NCBI RefSeq assembly: GCF_938045465.1
Contig: NZ_CALIBF010000034.1
Coordinates: 1 to 47,453 of the forward strand
From: an uncultured Campylobacter sp.
Lineage (GTDB): Bacteria > Campylobacterota > Campylobacteria > Campylobacterales > Campylobacteraceae
Reading direction: 5' to 3'
DNA length: 47,453 bases
Shown here: positions 22,375 to 31,194 of the stretch, in pieces
Layout: each line of letters opens with the position of its first letter
Position numbering within the stretch: the first letter of the stretch is position 1
The notes under the pieces: model-generated
Databases searched by the model: none
Told to the model about the DNA's origin: nothing
Seen by the model: the letters and a program-made list of their open reading frames with translations, nothing else
Program-made: the position numbers and the translations under genes

Positions 22375-22715
22375 TGCTCCACCCTTTTATAAATCAAAGA
22401 AGTGGGGCGGTAAGCTCTATTTCTCCAGCAAAAAGCAAGCGTTTTTGAGTGAATATCGGACTTCAAAATGGAGCTCTCCTCGATTTTAAAGCTATAAATT
22501 TTTGCTTTAAGTATGGCTAGAGCAAAATCACATCTCGCACTTCCTTTAGCGTTGCCGTTGGTAGCTAGATAAAAATTCGCGGCAACACTATCTTGGCGAA
22601 TGACCCCTTTTGGTATATATATCTCAGGCCTTAAATCCGTATATCTTTTAATATAGCTCGTATATACGCGGTCTTGCGAGATTTCTACCTTATAGTTTAG
22701 ATCCAACTTATGCAT
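22368..22715 (-). CDS. hypothetical tail-region protein
   Basis: 115-aa ORF overlapping both neighbours. Confidence 0.65.
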   Translation of the reverse strand: MHKLDLNYKVEISQDRVYTSYIKRYTDLRPEIYIPKGVIRQDSVAANFYLATNGNAKGSARCDFALAILKAKIYSFKIEESSILKSDIHSKTLAFCWRNRAYRPTSLIYKRVEQW

Positions 22716-23289
22716 TACCGCTCCAATATGCCGCTATATAGTATCTAAAGCTAACGCCCTTTGAGACATCGGCAAAACTGACTCGCCTAACGAGCTTAAC
22801 GGCATGTACCGCTTCGCTCGCCGTAGCTTTGTCCGCAACCAAAGGAAGTAGCTTAAAAGCGAACTCCCCCTTTTTGATATATGAGAGATCTTCCGCATCG
22901 GTAAATTTTACTTTGTTTCCCTCTATCCTATCTACCCGAAGGGGATTTTGCGAGCCGGAAAAAGCATAGCACTCACCAACGACAAGCGGCGCAGAGCCGC
23001 TTAGCGGGCTAAGCTCGAGCGCATCCTTGCCTTCGCCCGTAACCTCAAATATTTTCATATCGACGCCCCCGGCGTTTAAGCCTAGATATTCGATATCGCG
23101 CTTATCATAAAGTAGCGTTACGTGCGGATAAAAGGTAGCGGCAAGATCCGTAATCTTTGCATAAATCGTCATTTCGTCGGTTTTAGTCGAGGGGGTAAAG
23201 ATCGAAATTCTAGGACTTGGAAGTAATTTATCCCCTGTTCCCACTCTTTGCGTGCACTCTTTGTCCTTATAAAATTCAATTCCCGCCAT
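22708..23289 (-). CDS. hypothetical tail-region protein
   Basis: ATG 23289 (MAGIEFYKD) after AAGGAG. Confidence 0.7.
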   Translation of the reverse strand: MAGIEFYKDKECTQRVGTGDKLLPSPRISIFTPSTKTDEMTIYAKITDLAATFYPHVTLLYDKRDIEYLGLNAGGVDMKIFEVTGEGKDALELSPLSGSAPLVVGECYAFSGSQNPLRVDRIEGNKVKFTDAEDLSYIKKGEFAFKLLPLVADKATASEAVHAVKLVRRVSFADVSKGVSFRYYIAAYWSGNA

Positions 23290-23370
23290 TTTTGACTCCT
23301 TTATATTTTGATTTCTCGGGCTGGCTAGGAAGTGCCCCACCACTTTTGAAAATTTCACTTCTCAAAATTT

Positions 23371-23739
23371 TTAAACCTCTCTGAATTTAAGCGTCAGATA
23401 AAAGAGCGGTTCTGCGCTTTTAAAGAGCGGTTCGGCGCTCACCGCAGCGTCCGTATAATCAAATCTTGCTCTGATTTGCCCTGTATCAGTTAGCAACACA
23501 AGCTCGCTATCGGCAGAGCTTTCGGCTAGAGTGATCAGGGCGTCTATGCAGGCTTTGCTTTGCCATGCGATCTCATCACTGGAAAATACGAGGGCTCTAT
23601 TTTTACGCTCCCTTAAAAATACTATCTCCGCTCCGCTTATAGCGGCCTCACTTGCCGCGGTTAGCGAATAATTTCTAAACTCGTCTTGTAAAAACAAAGG
23701 CTCGTCGAGTTTTACGTTTTCTACGGCTTTTAATCTCAT
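23371..23739 (-). CDS. putative distal tail protein
   Basis: 122-aa ORF with ATGA overlap immediately after tape measure. Confidence 0.55.
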   Translation of the reverse strand: MRLKAVENVKLDEPLFLQDEFRNYSLTAASEAAISGAEIVFLRERKNRALVFSSDEIAWQSKACIDALITLAESSADSELVLLTDTGQIRARFDYTDAAVSAEPLFKSAEPLFYLTLKFREV

Positions 23740-26700
23740 ACTCCGGCTCCTTTTAGATACCTTTGAAGCGCTGCTGCGGTATCTTCGTCGGTTTGAGCTT
23801 TGTAGCTCGCCCCGCCTAGATTGAAGTTTAAATTTACGTTTTTAGCAGCAGCGGCATTCGGCTTTATAAACTCGGCGGCATAACCCTCTATGTTTAGACC
23901 CTGCTTCGCTCTGGATAATAGATCCTCGGCAAGAGCGCGGAAGTTTGTAAAATAATCGTTTCCCTTAATCCTAAAAAATCCCGGATATTGCTTATTCCAT
24001 GACCTAACGGCGTCAAGCCCGTTTCTAAAAAGCTTTTTGTCGATCATCTCATAAAATTTATCGGAGAGCCTATTGGCTAGCCTCCTAACGTCTGCGGAGC
24101 TTACGCTCATATCTATTCTTTGCATAAACTCGCTGTTTTGGCGAGCTAATACAAGTCCGCCGCTAGCGAAGCGGGCTAACTTCTCTTTTGGGATCGCTCT
24201 AGCGTTTAGCCGTGCAAAAAATTTAGCGCCGTAGTAGTCCACGGCTCTGACGTTTTGAATAAACTCACCCCTGCTTAGTAGCGCAGGCACATCATCCCTG
24301 CCTGCGGTATCATGTCCGGCGATCTTGCCGCTATATCGCCTAAAAAGTTCCACCGCTCCGCCGCTAGCGAAAGCTGCGGCATTCGTGCCTTTTATCTTGC
24401 CTCCGCCTATGGTTTTGACGTGGATCGTATGAACCGATGATGTGGGCCTTTTAAGCGCCTCGATCGTCTTTTGCGCCGCCTTGGCGTCCGGATCGATCGT
24501 ATGGATGCTTGAGCTTGGAGCTTGCAGGCTCTTTTTCGCTTCCTGCGCCGCCGCGTCGTCCGCGGTTATTTTGATGCTTGCGCCTCCGTTCATTGCGTCT
24601 TTAAGCTCGGCGATTTTGGTTTTTACATCCTCAAATCCCTCGGCACTAAAATCTATCTTACCCTCTGCAGCCCTCTGTTTTAGTGCAATCAGCTCGTTGT
24701 AGAGTGCCTTTTCGCTCTGCAAGCTAGACTCTACCGCTGCTTTTTCGGCGGCGATATTCGCCATCTTGGCGTCATGAGCGGCAAGATCGGCATTTTTTTG
24801 CATCTCATTGGCGCTCAAGTTTAGCGCCAAAATTTCATTTACGGTATTTTTATAATCTGCCGCCCTATTGATAGTTTGCGCGTTTTTGCCGCTTCCTAAG
24901 CTCTTTTGTGCGCCCAAGCTATCGTTGATTTTAGAGGCTTGATCGGCGTAGCGCTTGAAACTCTCCAAGTCTTTATTATTCAGCGCCTCTTTTGCTGCGC
25001 TAAGCGAGCGGGATAGGGCTAGGCGATCGTCGTTAAATTTCGCTTCCTCGCTCATCCCGGCTTGATTGGCTAGGCGGATTTTTTCTGCAGCGCTAAATTC
25101 CAAGCTCTCACGGCTGCGGGCGTATTTCTCCTCTATACCCACCCGTTGCTGCGCCATCTTTTCTAGCTGCGAGTTGTAACTTTGCTCCTTTGCAAGCAGC
25201 GTTGCGATCGTGCGGTCATGGCTTTTTATACGCGCATCGGCATCCTTTAAAAACTCGTTTAAAACCCTTTTATTATCGTTTATAATCGCGTTATTTGCAG
25301 CCTCGCGCGCATCCACCATAGAGGTAAGACCCTGCTTAAGTCTCTCTATTTGATTAATCTGCAGTTCAATCTGATTTTTTGCGTCCGCTTCTACAACCTT
25401 ATCAAGCCTTACCTCTTTTAACCCCTCAAGGCTTGCTCTAAGTCCTCTAAGCGCTTCATCTGCGGCGGCTATCCCTTTTGCGGCAGCTTCCGTGCTTAAA
25501 TTTTCATTTTTGCCTAGGTTCCATACGTTGCCCGTCTTTTCTAATTCTACGCCTAAATTTGCTAAGCTGTTGCGAAAATCATTGGTATTTTGCGTCGCTT
25601 TAAGCATATATGAAGGCAGGTCAAATTTAAGATTTGCGGGGATATAAAATATGTTGTTAAGCGCCTCGGCAAGCTCTCCTAATCCTCGCGCCGCGGTAGA
25701 GAAAACTCCCGCATCTTTTTCTCCAGCGAGCCAGTCGGGCATAGCTATATCGCTTAGCGCAGATGCCGCCTTAACGAGCGAGCCTATAGAGTTTGCAAGC
25801 AGCGCCGCAGCATTAGCGGCAGCCTCGAAGGTATCTTTGTTGAAAATACCGCTTGCGATCTCATTTATGCCCTCGCCGAAGTTCGCTAAAGCCTGCCTAA
25901 GCGTCGTATCGTTTGAGAGATACTCGTTTATTTCGGCAAAGGAATTTTTAAGCCCCTCAAATAGCGGCTTCGTAGCCTCTCCTTGCAGCTCCGCCATAGC
26001 CGCCTTGTACGAGCGTACCAAAGCTTCAAATTTCGGAGCGCTAAAGGAGGCTTGTTCGCCGAAAATTTTAAGCTTTTCGTTCATCACATCGAAAAACGAT
26101 CCGTTTTCTATCGCACTTTTTAGGCTTTCGGTCTGCAACCCCAAGGACTTCAAAAATCGCCCAAAGTCCGTATTTGTTTGAATTATGCCTGCGCCCACGC
26201 TATCTAGCGTCGCTTTTAGCGAGCTTACGTCCGCGCCCGAACTTTGAGCCGCGTATGAGATATTGCGAAATAGCGCAAGAGCCTTTTCTAGACTCATATT
26301 TGAGCTAGCCGTAGAATAAAAGCTGGCAAACATCTCAGCTAAATCGCTAGAGCTGAAATCCAGCTCGCTATCAAGCTTTTTCAGCTCTGCAAGCGTCGCG
26401 CTTGCCTTTTGTCCGCTTAGCTTCCATTTCTCGAAAGGATCTAGCTTGCCGCTTTTTTCCGCGACATTTATCAGGCTTCTTAGCCGAGCATTTAAATTCT
26501 CTATAGTGGTGTTGTTTTCTAGCCCGGCGGCGATAAACTCTCTAACGCCCTGAGTAGCGCTAGATATAACCGAGCTGAGTCCTCGCAGCGAGATTGTCAA
26601 ATTCGCAAACGCGTCGGATTTAATCCCATCTAGCGCGCTTTTCAGCACGCCCGTGCTTTTGCTTGCCTTTTGTGCAGCAGCCTCTACGTCCGATAGCCCT

Positions 26701-26765
26701 TTTTTGACCTTTTCGGCGCCGCTGGCGTCCGCTTCGACGCCTATTTTTATTTTTAAATCAGCCAT
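23736..26765 (-). CDS. tail tape measure protein
   Basis: 1009 aa, Ala-rich helical; C-terminal FASGG...DDVPALLSRGEF motif; follows chaperone genes. Confidence 0.92.
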   Translation of the reverse strand: MADLKIKIGVEADASGAEKVKKGLSDVEAAAQKASKSTGVLKSALDGIKSDAFANLTISLRGLSSVISSATQGVREFIAAGLENNTTIENLNARLRSLINVAEKSGKLDPFEKWKLSGQKASATLAELKKLDSELDFSSSDLAEMFASFYSTASSNMSLEKALALFRNISYAAQSSGADVSSLKATLDSVGAGIIQTNTDFGRFLKSLGLQTESLKSAIENGSFFDVMNEKLKIFGEQASFSAPKFEALVRSYKAAMAELQGEATKPLFEGLKNSFAEINEYLSNDTTLRQALANFGEGINEIASGIFNKDTFEAAANAAALLANSIGSLVKAASALSDIAMPDWLAGEKDAGVFSTAARGLGELAEALNNIFYIPANLKFDLPSYMLKATQNTNDFRNSLANLGVELEKTGNVWNLGKNENLSTEAAAKGIAAADEALRGLRASLEGLKEVRLDKVVEADAKNQIELQINQIERLKQGLTSMVDAREAANNAIINDNKRVLNEFLKDADARIKSHDRTIATLLAKEQSYNSQLEKMAQQRVGIEEKYARSRESLEFSAAEKIRLANQAGMSEEAKFNDDRLALSRSLSAAKEALNNKDLESFKRYADQASKINDSLGAQKSLGSGKNAQTINRAADYKNTVNEILALNLSANEMQKNADLAAHDAKMANIAAEKAAVESSLQSEKALYNELIALKQRAAEGKIDFSAEGFEDVKTKIAELKDAMNGGASIKITADDAAAQEAKKSLQAPSSSIHTIDPDAKAAQKTIEALKRPTSSVHTIHVKTIGGGKIKGTNAAAFASGGAVELFRRYSGKIAGHDTAGRDDVPALLSRGEFIQNVRAVDYYGAKFFARLNARAIPKEKLARFASGGLVLARQNSEFMQRIDMSVSSADVRRLANRLSDKFYEMIDKKLFRNGLDAVRSWNKQYPGFFRIKGNDYFTNFRALAEDLLSRAKQGLNIEGYAAEFIKPNAAAAKNVNLNFNLGGASYKAQTDEDTAAALQRYLKGAGV

Positions 26766-27038
26766 TCTTTAATCCTATATTTTACTTCTCGCGCGCAGCG
26801 CATTAACGCGAGCCACAGGCTCGCCACTTTGAGCGTGCCGGGGCTAATTGGGGGTTTGGGGGATAAGAAGGGGGCGCCTCGCAAGTAGCTCCCTTCTTGT
26901 CCCCCGAGAATTGCAGCAGAATTCGATTCTGCGCAGAGGAATTTAAAATTTTCAGCAGTCTTTTTAAATTCATTAGCTTCGTTTGCTTTATCATCCTTGC
27001 TTAATTTTTGATATAATATGCTTTCAGGAGACGAGCAA

Positions 27039-27332
27039 ATGGATCTATTCGGTTTTACAGATAAAAACGGCGAAGGCTTGTTTGGCTTTTTAATGTGCCT
27101 TACGATAGCGGCACAGATAAAAGAGTATTTTGCGCGCAAAAAGGCGCAAAGGATTGCCGCAAAAATCGAAGCACAAAAGCGCCTAAGCCGCTCGGAGATA
27201 GATTTTATATTTAAAAATTTAGATAAATTTAGCCGCGAGCAGCGAGCCGAAATTAGGATTTCGCCTAAAGACGAGCCTTTTGTGCGTGAGCTTGCTCGAA
27301 AAAGCGGAATAAGCTTTGCTCGCGCCTCATAA
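27039..27332 (+). CDS. moron-like small membrane protein, antisense to the tail operon
   Basis: Own TGATATAAT 27009-27017, AGGAG RBS, one hydrophobic segment. Confidence 0.7.
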   Translation: MDLFGFTDKNGEGLFGFLMCLTIAAQIKEYFARKKAQRIAAKIEAQKRLSRSEIDFIFKNLDKFSREQRAEIRISPKDEPFVRELARKSGISFARAS

Positions 27333-27335
27333 AAA

Positions 27336-27829
27336 TCAAGCTTTAGCAAATTCTTTAAGCCTTTCGATACCGCTTCTTTCATCCCTTCCCTCGCTCATAA
27401 ATTTTTTAAACGCCCGGTCATCCGCGAAGCGCGCAATTCTAACCGCTGCAGAAATTTCCTTAAGCCTTTGGCCCTCTATCTGCGAAAAGCCCTCTATCGC
27501 TTCTTTTGCAAAACTAAGAGGAAACTCCCACGCCCTAGCTAAGCCGTGTTCTAGTAGGTAGCAGATCCAAAAGGCTATTTTTTTTTACCGCCTTCGCCGC
27601 TTGCGGTAAGATCACCGTAGGTTAGGCGCAAAATCTCCTCATAAAGCTCATTTGCGGCGCTAAAGCCTAGGTTTTCGATCTCATCCGCGCTAAGATCGCA
27701 GCACTGCTTTAAAATTTCGGCTACGTCCTCATTTTTGATGATGCCGGATTGAATTTTATAAATCAGCCCTATGGATAATTCTCTAATCGTAATGCCGTTT
27801 TTTAAGACCTTTTTCTTAAACAGATCCAT
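27336..27829 (-). CDS. tail assembly chaperone G and -1 frameshift product GT
   Basis: ORF 27829-27575 ends GGT AAA AAA AAA TAG; the -1 frame stays open for 80 aa (IAFWICYLLEHG...EFAKA) to TGA 27338-27336. Confidence 0.85.
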
Positions 27830-27837
27830 TTTCACTC

Positions 27838-28179
27838 CTATCTAACTCGCCTTGAGGGATAATTTAACTCAAATATGTAAGCATATAAGCTCTCGCTTAT
27901 AAAACGCGTTTCGGCACTTTTTAAAATGACGGCGCGGCTTGCGGCCTCATCTTTTAAAAGCTTGTCGCTAAGCGCCATGATCTCATCTAAAATTCCGTAA
28001 ATTTCGCAATCTAAAGTGTTGCGCGCTAAAATGATTTGAAATTTTAGGCTAGTTTCGTTCGCGCTGATCCTTTCAAAGCCGCTAAAAATCAGATAATCGC
28101 CGTTTTGATCTATAAGCGCCGTATTCGCTACCGCCGTAAGATTTAGCTTAGATTTTAAATACTCTAGTGTCTCTTTCAT
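27838..28179 (-). CDS. hypothetical protein, possible tail terminator
   Basis: 113-aa ORF; function from size and position. Confidence 0.55.
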   Translation of the reverse strand: MKETLEYLKSKLNLTAVANTALIDQNGDYLIFSGFERISANETSLKFQIILARNTLDCEIYGILDEIMALSDKLLKDEAASRAVILKSAETRFISESLYAYIFELNYPSRRVR

Positions 28180-28478
28180 TTCGGCTCCTCATCGTCTCTT
28201 AGCGAAAATTTCTCTTTAAAAAAACCGACCGCTAAATCCAAAATCCCGCTTCCCTTAAACGCTCCTATCCCGCAGATTGCGAGGCTAAGGCGCATATCCT
28301 TGGCATAAAAAAATGCGATCTCATAAATGATATAGGCGCTAAAACATCCATCGCAAAGCCTTGTAAAAAACGAACGTAGCGCTACCGCCAGCGATTTTTC
28401 GGTTGCGGAAGGCTGCCTAAACCATGCTACTATACTGCCTGCGACGCCGACGGCACAAACATAAGCAAGATACTCCAT
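28176..28478 (-). CDS. putative holin
   Basis: 100 aa, 2-3 hydrophobic segments, charged C-terminus, next to spanins. Confidence 0.65.
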   Translation of the reverse strand: MEYLAYVCAVGVAGSIVAWFRQPSATEKSLAVALRSFFTRLCDGCFSAYIIYEIAFFYAKDMRLSLAICGIGAFKGSGILDLAVGFFKEKFSLRDDEEPK

Positions 28479-28481
28479 TTC

Positions 28482-28670
28482 TCATACTTTGCCATGCGGG
28501 CTCAAGTGCCTAGGGGACGCCGTAAGCGCCCCGCTAATGCCTATGCAGCACGACCACGCCAAAAATAGCGCATTCGTATTGCGGATAAAAAGCTCAAGTA
28601 GCGTAAAAAGCTCTAAATTAAAAATTACCAAAAGCACCGCGCGCAGTAGATAGAGCAAAAAAGGCTTCAT
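28482..28670 (-). CDS. small membrane protein
   Basis: MKPFLLYLLRAVLLVIF..., two hydrophobic segments, ATGA overlap. Confidence 0.55.
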   Translation of the reverse strand: MKPFLLYLLRAVLLVIFNLELFTLLELFIRNTNALFLAWSCCIGISGALTASPRHLSPHGKV

Positions 28671-28909
28671 TCGTTCGCCCCTTGCGTGCAATCTTTTGCG
28701 ATCTGCTCGCACTTTAGAAAATATGCCATTAGCGCCTTGTGCGCTTCAAAGTCCGAACTCTCAGCAGGGCGCAGAGGCATTTTTAGGTTGCATTTTACAG
28801 GGATGAATACCTGCTTTATCTGCGGCTCTTTTGCCCCGCAGCCGTCAAGAGCAAAGACGCTAAAAAGCGCTATCAAAAAGCATTTTATATGCCCGCAGTT
28901 CACTCTCAC
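28667..28909 (-). CDS. putative o-spanin (Rz1-like lipoprotein)
   Basis: Hydrophobic signal, lipobox-like ALDGC, Pro/Cys-rich mature part; overlaps the i-spanin 3' end. Confidence 0.75.
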   Translation of the reverse strand: MRVNCGHIKCFLIALFSVFALDGCGAKEPQIKQVFIPVKCNLKMPLRPAESSDFEAHKALMAYFLKCEQIAKDCTQGANE

Positions 28910-29168
28910 AGCTCTTGTCCTTAATGTAAATTTTTGAAACGCTCTTAATTTTATCCTCGTTTAGCCCGCTTGCCCTGATTTGCAGCGACTTTATCGCTGC
29001 ATTTTGTAAGCTTAGGCTTGCCGCGCAGCTTTGAGCCTCCGCCTGCTTTGAAGCATAGGCGCTATTAAGAGACGAAATTTCAAATTTCAGCTTCGTAATC
29101 CACGCTGCGCTTAGCATGCAGACTGCGATTAGAGCGTAACCCAAAGCCCGCGCGTTCAAAAAAGGCAT
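28860..29168 (-). CDS. putative i-spanin (Rz-like)
   Basis: ATG 29168 after AAGGAG; N-terminal TM, coiled coil with QNAAI, C-terminal Cys. Confidence 0.7.
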   Translation of the reverse strand: MPFLNARALGYALIAVCMLSAAWITKLKFEISSLNSAYASKQAEAQSCAASLSLQNAAIKSLQIRASGLNEDKIKSVSKIYIKDKSCESELRAYKMLFDSAF

Positions 29169-29178
29169 AACCCTCTCC

Positions 29179-29904
29179 TTAAAGAGCGCAAATTTCAAAG
29201 AATTGATTCCCTGCTGCACGGGTTTCGTCTTTTAGGATATCGACGCTGAAACTGATAGAGAGCCAATCATCGCCCTTGAGTGCAAAATCTCCGTCCGCTC
29301 TTAAGGAGCATTTATAAAAAGTCGCTTTCATTGCGCTTCCCGTCGCCGCCTCGCCGATAAACATAAGCGCGCACTCCAGTTTGCTGTTTTTAAAGGCGCT
29401 CATCTTCTCCTTTTGGATACCGGCGCTCAGCGCCAAAGTAACCTCTCCGGAAATATCTTTTAGAAATTCGACTATACCGCTATTTGCGTGATACTTATAG
29501 TCCTCATCCTTTTTTGGAGCGGTGCCGCCTCCGCCTACGGTGGCGCTCAGATTGCCACCTACCGCTCCTAGATCGACGATTTCGCCCGCTTTGGCGTCGG
29601 TAATTTTAACGTTAGCCGTTTTTTCGCTTTGCGACGTTTCGCCAAAATACGCCCGGGCTAAATTCTTTATCGAAATTTCATCACTTTTAAAGCTCATACT
29701 CGCACTTTGGCTTTTTACGATAGTCTTATCTATCGCCTGCGTTGCCCCCTCAGTGTTGGTGTGCTCTAGCTTCTCAAGCTCGGTCTTTATGCTTACGTCG
29801 GAACTTAGTCCGAAATATTCAAATCTACCCGTAGGCTTACCCTCTTTATAGACGTCGATATAGAGCTTACCGCCGCCTAGGGTGACATAATCGCTGCTAG
29901 CCAT
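29179..29904 (-). CDS. major tail tube protein (non-contractile type)
   Basis: YVTLGGGKLY...YFG...DGDFALKGDDW pattern of siphophage tail tubes; position before chaperone and tape measure. Confidence 0.75.
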   Translation of the reverse strand: MASSDYVTLGGGKLYIDVYKEGKPTGRFEYFGLSSDVSIKTELEKLEHTNTEGATQAIDKTIVKSQSASMSFKSDEISIKNLARAYFGETSQSEKTANVKITDAKAGEIVDLGAVGGNLSATVGGGGTAPKKDEDYKYHANSGIVEFLKDISGEVTLALSAGIQKEKMSAFKNSKLECALMFIGEAATGSAMKATFYKCSLRADGDFALKGDDWLSISFSVDILKDETRAAGNQFFEICAL

Positions 29905-29984
29905 CTCTTTCTCCTTTATATTTTGATTTCTCGGGCGAGCGAAGCCCGCCCTGCGAGCGTAAGCTTGGCGTTGCGAGGGAATCT

Positions 29985-30290
29985 TTAGATTTGACTAAGC
30001 TCGCTTTTGCGCTGCCCGCTCTTGATTATCCCGCCGCTGCCGTCGTCATTTTTTATCGCTGCCGCTTCTCTTAGAGCTTCGTTTGCCAGTATCTGATCCA
30101 GCTGCGTCGGCTCTATTTTCAGTAGTAGCTTGAGTCGAAACATCGCCAGATCCATTAGCGAGGGTTTCGGAATCGGCTTTTTCTTGCTCAGTGCTCTGGC
30201 TTCCTCCATCGCTTGCTTCGCTAGAGCCTCGCTCACTTCCGCCTTGTTGAATAGACTCTGTCTCGCTCTGCTTAGAAATTCCTCGTCCAT
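29985..30290 (-). CDS. putative head-tail adaptor (Mu gp36 position)
   Basis: 101-aa helical ORF after major head gene; GGAGG upstream. Confidence 0.6.
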   Translation of the reverse strand: MDEEFLSRARQSLFNKAEVSEALAKQAMEEARALSKKKPIPKPSLMDLAMFRLKLLLKIEPTQLDQILANEALREAAAIKNDDGSGGIIKSGQRKSELSQI

Positions 30291-30321
30291 TTTCTAAAAA
30301 ATCCTCCGCACAATAATGCAT
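30046..30321 (-). CDS. low-complexity protein overlapping the 29985-30290 ORF in another frame
   Basis: Strong AAGGAG RBS directly after the capsid stop; frame open for 91 aa. Confidence 0.45.
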   Translation of the reverse strand: MHYCAEDFLENGRGISKQSETESIQQGGSERGSSEASDGGSQSTEQEKADSETLANGSGDVSTQATTENRADAAGSDTGKRSSKRSGSDKK

Positions 30322-30330
30322 CTTATCTCC

Positions 30331-31194
30331 TTATTTTCCCGTAGACATATAGGCAAGCTGCCACAATGCGTATCCTGCGTTCATAAAGCTTTTGCAGCCA
30401 AATAGTGCAGCGTCTTTCATAAATTTATGGTCGTCGCTGCTCTCAAAGACGCCATCTTTCGCAACTTGAAGCACAAAAGGGCGCACCGGTTTGCCTAGAT
30501 CCATCAAATACCACTCAGTGCCCGCGATCTCCGGCAAAACGAGCAAGCTATAACGCTTAAAAGTAGGGTTTGTTTCGCCTGCGGTTAAATGCTCCTTATT
30601 TACCGCAGTAATTGCTGCGGCAAGGTTTTTAGGACCGCAGATTAGATGTGTCGGACTTACGCCCAGGGCTTGCCCGGTGTCGCCTTTGATGCTGATCATA
30701 TAGGCTTCCGCAGCTAAAAGATGTGCCGTATCCAGCGCGCCGGTGCCGCTATTTGCATAGGTATCACTACCAGATGCATGGTCGGCGGCAAAAAACGCCT
30801 TGCCGTCGTAGCATTTGCCCTTTGTGGAGTCGGCCGCATTGGCTAGAATTTTCGCCACTAGCGCGCCGCCAAATTTTTTCGCATTGAACGCCATCTGTTC
30901 GATCGCAGGTTTATAGAGCCCGACTTTGTCATATTCAAGATGAGTATTTGGCACCGTAACGCTAGCTTCGAAAGGCTGATTTTCTAGCGCATAGCCATAA
31001 TCCTTGAACTTTTTGATATCTCTATCGCCGACCCACTCTTTCATCATCGGAAAGTTACCCAGCCAAACATATTTCTCGCTTAGATCGTTGCTGTCTATGC
31101 GCATAGCAAGAACATCCGCCTCGCTTTTGGTATCGTTGAAGGTCTTTTGAAAGACCGCCTTAAAGCCGATCGATGTCTCTTCAAAATTTGCCAT
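30331..31194 (-). CDS. Mu-like major head subunit gpT
   Basis: EKYVWLGNFPMMKEWVGDR, CYDGKAFF..DH, WYLMD, AGYALWQLAY. Confidence 0.95.
   Translation of the reverse strand: MANFEETSIGFKAVFQKTFNDTKSEADVLAMRIDSNDLSEKYVWLGNFPMMKEWVGDRDIKKFKDYGYALENQPFEASVTVPNTHLEYDKVGLYKPAIEQMAFNAKKFGGALVAKILANAADSTKGKCYDGKAFFAADHASGSDTYANSGTGALDTAHLLAAEAYMISIKGDTGQALGVSPTHLICGPKNLAAAITAVNKEHLTAGETNPTFKRYSLLVLPEIAGTEWYLMDLGKPVRPFVLQVAKDGVFESSDDHKFMKDAALFGCKSFMNAGYALWQLAYMSTGK

Noticed and set aside
23401..23439. 21-bp-period tandem duplication encoding SAEPLF twice
   Set aside because: Short in-frame duplication with no evidence of function
26753..27382. 209-aa minus-strand ORF
   Set aside because: Runs across the antisense moron and hairpin element; composition looks like a shadow ORF
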